From: Chrysomallon squamiferum
Lineage: Eukaryota; Animalia; Mollusca
DNA length: 64,000 bases
Assembly: GCA_012295275.1 (NCBI GenBank)
Contig: CM022665.1
Location: 46,314,001 to 46,378,000, forward strand
Direction of reading: 5' to 3'
Part shown: piece after piece, positions 56,161 to 64,000 of the stretch
Numbering within the stretch: the first letter of the stretch is position 1
Layout: the number at the start of each line of letters is the position of its first letter
Translations under genes and position numbers: made by a program
The notes under the pieces: generated by a model
The model's database searches: none
What the model was told of the DNA's origin: nothing
Seen by the model: only the letters and a program-made list of their open reading frames with translations

Positions 56161-57402
56161 TGGCTTCTCTTATTTAGAGTCTTAACAAGTAAAACAAATC
56201 TGGTGTCTGTAAGGCTGTATGTCTTGTCAGATTTACGGATATGGTACATTTATTTAATCTCTGCGTGAATAAATCTGTTTCCTGAATTGTTTCAGTCAGT
56301 TTGTCTTTTTGTCTCTGTGTCATTCTGTGAATGTGTGAAATTAACAACAACAACAACAGGAACAGCAGCAACAACAATAATATATATAACAACATATATA
56401 TATAGGTATATGAAATTATGTCTCTATATATGTATGTATGTATATATGTATATGTATATAAATGTATGTATGTATGTATGTATGTATGTGTGTATGTATG
56501 TATGTATATATATATATATTAAAGTTTGTTTTGTTTAAATACTAACTGAGCATATTGATTAATTCCTTATAATCAACTATGTATATTTATTTACTTATCA
56601 TCTTCTTTAACTGATAATACCACAACCTATCATTAAAAAACCAATGAACAAGGTCAGGCTGGAAACGGGCAATTGGTCCACAAAGGTCACTGAGGAAGAC
56701 TGATCCAATGACACACACACACACATACACATGTGTTCTGAACTATAACAACCTATTAACTTGCAACACCAAAGAGAAAGACTTTCACAAAGCAGCTTAG
56801 TTTGTCTTTGATAATGAAGTAGAAAAAAAAAAAAAAACAAAAACAACAAACTAAAATAAAAATGAAACAACAACAACAACGTAAATGCTAATGTTTCACA
56901 ATCTCTCCCCCCCCCACCACCACCTGATGCAGCTGAAACAACAAGAGACTGATTTGCTTTCCTGGAGTTCAGCTTCTTGTGAGACCAGAACAACATCGGC
57001 TCATTACAGCACGATGGAGAAATAATGGAGAAAAAAAAATATCTCAACGTCACCGCGGCAACGTTAAAGATGATGGAGACAAGGATGAATGTCACCGATG
57101 ATGTCATTAGAGAAAAAAATAAAAACCAATCCGAAAATAAAATCTCTTCCTTACAACAACAACAGCAGCAGCAACAGCAGCTTGGATGTCAACAACACCA
57201 TGACAACATCAAGAGATCAGTGACATTGTCAGAATGATGCTGTCACTTCTGAAAGCAGCATGGTGGTTGTTGTTGATGATGATGATGGTGATGATGCCTC
57301 TGTGCCAAATCTCCAGCATCGTTTACATTTGTGTCAGTGTTGTTGTTTTTGTTTTTCTTCTTCTTTTTCTAGTTAATGGTTTTTTTTGTTTGATTTTTTT
57401 TG

Positions 57403-57452
<50 letters not shown>

Positions 57453-58336
57453 AAAAGTAAATTAAATGAAGAAAAATGTAATTGAAATTCTGTGTCTTGA
57501 CATTTTAGGTTTTTCGTTACTTAACCCGGTGCTGTGAATGGAGTAGAAAATTGGGAACTGAAAATCAAATTTAAACATTGTTTCCACTTAGTGATCTTCT
57601 GCAGAAACAGATATATATGTGTGAGGAGGGGAAAAAAAAAACAATGACAACAAAAAAACAAAACAAAGTAGCCATGTTTTTGGTGAACCGTGGGTAATTA
57701 GCGTTAGCTTTTTGGGGGATAAAAAGGCTAGGAAGAAAATTAACAACAGAAATAAAGAGTGAAAGAATGGATGAAGAAGAAGAAAAAAAAAAGAAAGAAA
57801 GAAAGAAAGAAAGAAAGACTTAGGAAGTAAGACAGTTATTTTTAGATACTTCTGAGGTCTCCTGAAATGGAGGAGAGGGTGTGCAATAATTTTAACACAC
57901 ATACAGAAATACACAGACAGATTATGTACCATACACATACACATGTGTACATCTGCACATTCACACATAATCACATAAAAATACACAGGACAGCATGTTT
58001 CACACACACATGTAACTTTTTCTCTCATACACATAGGTATGTTTCATACAAAGAGCATGTACCTCACAAAAACAAATACTCTCTCACACTCTTTTTCCCC
58101 CTCCCTCCCTCTCTCTCTCTCTGTCTCTCTCTCTGTCTCTCTGTCTCTCTCTATCTGTCTTTGTCTCTTTCATTTTCTCTCTGCTTGTCTTTCTTTCATT
58201 CTTACTTTCTCATTCTCTTTATCTCTCTCTCTCTCTCTCTCTCTGTCTGTCACCTTCTCTGTCTCCCTTCTTGTTTCTCTCACTTTCCTTTTCTCTTTCT
58301 GTCTCTATCTCTCTCCTTGCCTCTGTCTGTCTGTCT

Positions 58337-58375
<39 letters not shown>

Positions 58376-58799
58376 CCTTCTACCTACCAACACCTAACAA
58401 AACCCTCAAACTGCAGTAAAAAAGAAAAAAACAACCAAAAACCACAGAAGAAAAGAAACCAACAAACAAAAACCATGTGATGAAGGATCTCGCATTGATT
58501 ATGCTCTCTCGTGTGTTTTTCTCGTAAGCTTTCATCGCCGGGCAGCTATCAATAATGGACACCCCAATTAACAACATCAGCAAGACTTAACTAACTGACC
58601 TGAAATAAACCTTCAGGAAAAATAAGAAAAAAAAAGAAAAAGAAAAAAGAAAAGAAGAAAAAGGACTGCAACAAATCAAGAGACCACCACACAAACATCT
58701 GATTATCTGGGTGAAGGAACTTTCCCTGTTCACTGATTTGGAAAAGTGAAACTGTGTGTGCAGAAGTTCACAGGAATTGTATTAATTATTCACAAGATA

Positions 58800-59790
58800 A
58801 TTGGGGAAAAATACACTTTTGATATAAGAGAGAGAAAAATAATTAAATAAAGAAGTATATAAAATAAGCATTTATGTTTATTTAGAAGAAGTCGAATAGA
58901 ATTGGTTAAAGCAATTCAGTGGTATTAAAATATGTCTTGATGTGAAACAGAATGTGTAAAGATAATAAAAATATAAAAAATATACAGAAAAATTAATAAG
59001 AATTGGGGAAAACAATATACTTTCATATGAAACCGAGTTTGTTAGGAAAATAAAATGAAAAGTATGTAGAAAAATTAAACAGGATTAGGTAAAACAAATG
59101 ATGCTATTAAAATATACTATCATATGAAAATATAAAAAAAAAAATATATATATATTTAGAAAGAGTCAAATAGAATTGATTAAAACAATCTGGTGGTATA
59201 AAAATATACTTTGATATGAAATCATGTGTTAGTAAAAAAAAAAAAAATATATATATACATATATAAATATCTGTGTGTGTATATATATATATGTATGTAA
59301 GAAGTCAAATATAATTGACTAAAAGAATCTGGTGATATGAAAATATACTTTGATATTAAACTGTATGTTATGAAAAAAAAAAAAAAATAAAAATAAATAA
59401 TGTATTTAACAGATGTCAACTTAAAGTAGGTTAAAATAAGTGATGACACAAAAAAAATGCTTTGACATGAAATGGTATCAGAAAATAAAAAAAAAAATAA
59501 AAATAAATAATATATTTAGAAGAAGTGAAGAAGTCAAATAGATATCTGGTTTAAAAAATCCAGTGATATTAAAATATGCTTTGATATCAAACAGAGTGTA
59601 TTAGGAAAATAAAAATTAAAAAATTAAATAAATTTAAAATATATTTTAAAAAACGTCAACGAGATCTGGTTAAAAAAAAATCTTGTGGTATTGAAATTTG
59701 TGTTCATAATGAGTGAGTTGGGAAAATAAAATAACTAAATAAATAGAAAAGAAGTTAAACAGAACTGGTTAAAAGAATGTGGTGGTGTTT
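58800..59790. repeat. Old degenerate tandem repeat (about 120-140 bp)
   Basis: GAAGTCAAATAGAATTGGTTAAAA.AATCTGGTGGTATTAAAATATACTTTGATATGAAA-like units recur about 7 times. Confidence 0.75.
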
Positions 59791-60409
59791 TTTGAAATGA
59801 TAACTAATGCTTTGATCTTGTTATGGATGTAATGGTAACATATTCAGTCATATATAATCAGATGATATAGTAACTTATAAGAATTCAGAGATAATGTGGA
59901 AAGATTTAGAAAAAGATAATAAAATAAAAAAAGACTGAGAAGCCAAAGAAGGAAAAATATTGTTAAATTAGTAAGCTTAATTTGTCTGGATCCATGGGTG
60001 GATTTCATAGGACTTCAGAGATTGACCTGGATTCATGTGTACTTCACAGTGATTTCCATTTTCTTCTAAACCATGCAGAAGAGTTCTATCTTCCATAGTC
60101 CAAAGTACAATCATTTATCATTTCAAATCATCCCGACTTGAATGATTTTAAGTCATCTTAATTTGAGTTATTTTTAGATTTTTTTTTTTTTTTTGTATTT
60201 AAGATATTTAATTAGTAATGTGGATTTAGAAGTAATCTCTGTTATATCATTTCAGTTCCTATCATTTCAAATCATCTCAGTTTTTTAAAATGTGATTGTA
60301 TTTTATGGTTTTAAAATGTCTCAACTTTTATCATGAAAAATCATTCACATTTTTATCATTATGTATCATCTGAATCATTCTTCAGGGTAATTTAAAATCA
60401 TCCATATTT

Positions 60410-60825
60410 ATCATTTCCAATGACCCTAACTTTACAATTTTAAATCATCCAGACTTTATCATTTTAAATCATCCAAGATTTATCATTTTGAAATCATTCA
60501 GACTTTATCATTTCAAATAATCCAAGTTTTATCATATTAAAATCATCCAAACTTTATCATTTTGAAATCATCCAAACTATATAATTTCCAATCATCCAAG
60601 ATTTATCATTTCAAATCATCCAAGCTTTATCATTTCAAATCATCCAAACTATATAATTTCCAATCATCCAAGATTTATCATTTCAAATCATCCAAACTTT
60701 ATCATTTCAAATCATCCAAACTATATAATTTCCAATCATCCAAGATTTATCATTTCAAATCGTCCAAACTATATAATTTCCAATCATCCAAAATTAATCA
60801 TTTCTAATCATCCAGCTTTATCATT
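60410..60825. repeat. 24-bp minisatellite with a 72-bp higher-order pattern
   Basis: ATCATTTCAAATCATCCAAACTTT variants; translated periodicity KSSKLYNF-QSSKIYHF-KSSKLYHF. Confidence 0.93.
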
Positions 60826-61115
60826 TATTCTATATCACTGTTTCCACTCATTCAGTTGCTAATTTCAAAACAACAGGTAAATAAACACTCAGGTGTGGGA
60901 AGCTTGAGACAAAAGAACAGTGTACAGGTGAAAACAATCAGACAGGTGTGAAGTCAGGTTGTTTGTTTATCAAAAACACAAACATTTTCTCAGTTGTCTT
61001 GTTGTTTGTACATGTGTCAGTTCTTCCTGGATCGCACAGACAAAGTTAGAGTTTGTTCTAGCCAGAGAGAATGAAGAATGTATTCTACGTATGTATGGAT
61101 GTTTTTGTACGAGTT

Positions 61116-61150
<35 letters not shown>

Positions 61151-61208
61151 CTATATATGTATGTATTTATGTGTGTATGTTTATATGTATATATGTTTGT
61201 AAGTTGTT

Positions 61209-61240
<32 letters not shown>

Positions 61241-61302
61241 TATGTATGTAAATGTATGTATGTATGTATGTCTGTATGTATGTATGTATGTATGTCTGTA
61301 TG

Positions 61303-61334
<32 letters not shown>

Positions 61335-62137
61335 TGTACTTAATTAAATGTATGTACTTAATTATGTACATATGTATGGTTATAATTTTGAATATATATA
61401 TATGTAAATATATGTATATATTATATATTTGGATGCAACTGCATATTTGCATGTACATTTATATTTATGCAATGATTTAAATAAATGATTATATATACAA
61501 ATGCATGATTATTTCATTTATGCGTGTACATGGTCAAATTTTGTTTATTAACAAACTACTTAAGCTTATATATATATAAAAAAGATCAATTCTTTTAATA
61601 TTAAAGATCAGAATCATTTTCAATCTATAACACTTTTATTTTTTATATAAAAAATACTAAATAATCATTTTTTAAAAATTTTAATGTAAAATATTGAAAA
61701 TTACTTCATATTAATAATATTAATCTACTGTTATTACATCTCTGAATATTTCTCATCAGCACGTTTTTAATTTCATCACAACTCTCAATACGATACAATT
61801 AACAATTTACAACACAAAAAACATCGCAAACAACAACAACAACAACAACAAAAAACCAACAACATCTTTCGACATTCACATAACATGTTCGATCATCTTG
61901 TTTTTTTTTTTTTTTACCTCCCTCCCTTCCCCCACCCCCCCTCCCGTCATGCTAGCTAATTATTTCAGTAGAAGAATGACAAAAAACCCAAACAGTTTTA
62001 TTGACAGTGTTTTTGTGAAGTGGCAGACCTCAAACAAAGAGGAGAAGAGACTGAACAGAACTAAACACACAAGAATCAGTGATCGATGCACACTTGAAAC
62101 AGAAAAGACGTTTCGCTTTATCAGTTATCAGAAACGT

Positions 62138-62545
62138 GTAAATGATTGTTAGTTCTGTGTAAAGTTTGTTTAGTAGTAATCCAGGAATAGAGATATATAG
62201 GTGGTGGTGGTGGTGGTGGGGGTTATGTAAATGATTGTTTAGTAGTAATCCAGGAACAGATATATAAGGTGGGGGGGGGTTATATAAATGATTGTTAGAT
62301 CTGTGTCAAGTTTGTTTAGTAGTAATCCAGGAACAGATATATAGGTGGTGGGGTTATATAAATGATTGTTTAGTAGTAATTCAGGAACAGATATATAGGT
62401 GGTGGTGGGTTATACAAATGATTGTTAGTTCTGTGTAAAGTTTGTTTAGTAGTAATCCAGGAACAGACATATAGGTGGTGGGGTTATATAAATGATTGTT
62501 TAGTAGTAATTCAGGAACAGATATATAGGTGGTGGTTATGTAAAT
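62138..62545. repeat. Minisatellite with long and short unit variants, about 7 copies
   Basis: AAATGATTGTT[AGTTCTGTGTAAAGTTTGTT]TAGTAGTAATCCAGGAACAGATATATAGGTGGTGGGGTTAT. Confidence 0.92.
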
Positions 62546-62751
62546 TGATCATACAAATGAACTGTTACTATTTTCAATGTGACTTTTCTTAAAGGATTCT
62601 GGGAGAAGATCTAGGGGGTGGGTTTATGCAGGAAAGCAGTCTCAGATATATATTTTTTTATATTGATTTTTAGTTTGATTTATAAATTGAACTGATCTTC
62701 TAGTTTAATGTAAAAAAAAAAATAAAAAAAAATAAAAATTAAAAACAAATA

Positions 62752-62797
<46 letters not shown>

Positions 62798-63086
62798 TAA
62801 AATAAAAAAATAAATAAATAAATAAACTAATACTTTTTAAAAATTTCTGTTAAAGATATATTGAACTGTGGGCTTTATGGGTTTTGAGATAATCCCTTTA
62901 ATCCCACAAGATAATCTCTCTTGGAATGTTCGTGAAATACACTGTCTTCAATATCAAAAGACAACGTTCAAAAACAAATGTCAAAAAAAACATGGGATAT
63001 CTTACTAAGTACCATTCAATACTTTAAAACTCAGATCTGCATTTGCGAAGACAAAATTAAAATAACACACATACAACTAAATCTGC

Positions 63087-63125
<39 letters not shown>

Positions 63126-63718
63126 AAAACCCTCATCTTTCAACACATTTACATCCACCTCTGAAAATATCTTTTGTACTGAAAGTGTTGTCCTTTTCTT
63201 TCTTCTCTTTGTGTTTATTTTTATTTCATTTTTTTTTTTAAATTACTTATTTATTATTTTATTATCATATTTCACACACATCTAGAATCTCCTCCAATTT
63301 TCTTTTCTTTTGTTTCTCTTATCTTTTGTCTTCTTTTTTTTTTTTTTTTGTCTTGTAATTCACAAAGCATCCATTTTAACCCTCTTCACTGATATATGAA
63401 ATAATGGCTGCGTCTATCAATTTTTGATTAGTTTCAAAACAAAAGATTCAGTGTCTGTTTTCGCGGGTGTGGTTATTTGTTGGTCGGAAAGAGAAACTAG
63501 TCAGGCAGTATTGGAAGTAATGTTGGTTATGTAGATAAGCTCGTGCATTTCTTTTATGTAATGCAATATGTATGTGTGCATAGGTGCATATGTGAACACA
63601 CACAAACATACACATATACACACAGACACAAAGACATATCTTTGAATATATTGTTGCATGTTTTCATGTAAACATGTTTGATGTATGTACATATATATGT
63701 ATGTAAATATATATACAT

Positions 63719-63753
<35 letters not shown>

Positions 63754-64000
63754 CATATACATATATATACATTAATATAAATATATATATATATATATAT
63801 ATTAGCATGTGGTTATGTTTAAACTTTGATGTTCAAATATTTATGTATGCTTGTTTTTTGTGTAGTATGTAATTATGTTGATATCTGTAAGTTTATAAAT
63901 TTTTATGTTTTTGTAAGAATGTGATTATATATGTATATGTGTGTGTGTGTATATATGTATATGTGTGTATACATATGTGTATGTGTGTATATATTTGTAT

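Noticed and set aside
57025-57237. Plus-strand 70-aa ORF with poly-Q
   Set aside because: Short, driven by CAA/CAG repeats, with no domain and no supported neighbouring exons.
60562-60807. ORF of KSSKLYHF repeats
   Set aside because: It is the translation of a 24-bp minisatellite; flanking copies break the frame.
53-63872. The many ORF-track entries with poly-[21 protein letters not shown] and SLSL
   Set aside because: They are translations of microsatellites and homopolymers that lack stop codons, with no domain features or splice-consistent structure.

Overview
Eukaryotic (animal) genomic DNA, very AT-rich and dominated by microsatellites, poly-A/T runs and short tandem repeats. The SINE remnants suggest a mollusc, probably a gastropod (low confidence). 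Almost every entry in the ORF track is a low-complexity artefact. The window holds the 5' part of one large multi-exon minus-strand gene for a CUB-domain protein that resembles SOL-1 (suppressor of lurcher 1), the auxiliary subunit of invertebrate AMPA-type glutamate receptors. I assembled it by hand from GT-AG splice sites with matching phases. Exons: 44687-44695 or longer (MDE, tentative), 38382-38454 (signal-peptide-like), 22305-22485 and 9429-9652 (CUB1), 410-623 (first half of CUB2); the gene continues past position 1. Spliced protein: MDEMLYWFEGLIVYMSYLMSVGNTVNPACDCVIYQSYGGSSGRFTSPNFPQYYPRDSSCILYTFIGDVDEIIELTFLEFDMRMPTANNVCTDFLRLFLNLDRPEVNEHNRYDLELCGNITMIGKKYGKKYYSASRSLILELHADGYPGNFTGFQGRYQFLDKNQFTIDGTKIPGTPCTYYFDSNKNKKSGNFFSPFYPQNYKPNYSCQYHFIAGPHEKVKIVFRNIQLYPSDG(S/R). 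The best leads are a candidate in-frame 27-nt microexon (28345-28371), an intronic 86-bp tandem array whose units each look like acceptor-exon-donor, an exact 12-bp in-frame duplication inside CUB1, direct repeats bracketing the signal-peptide exon, an intronic 24-bp-stem hairpin, and a perfect 26-bp POU-dimer-like palindrome upstream. I see no evidence of a CRISPR array, rRNA, a functional tRNA, an autonomous transposon or a wholly new multi-gene system. No database searches were run, so family assignments are from memory.
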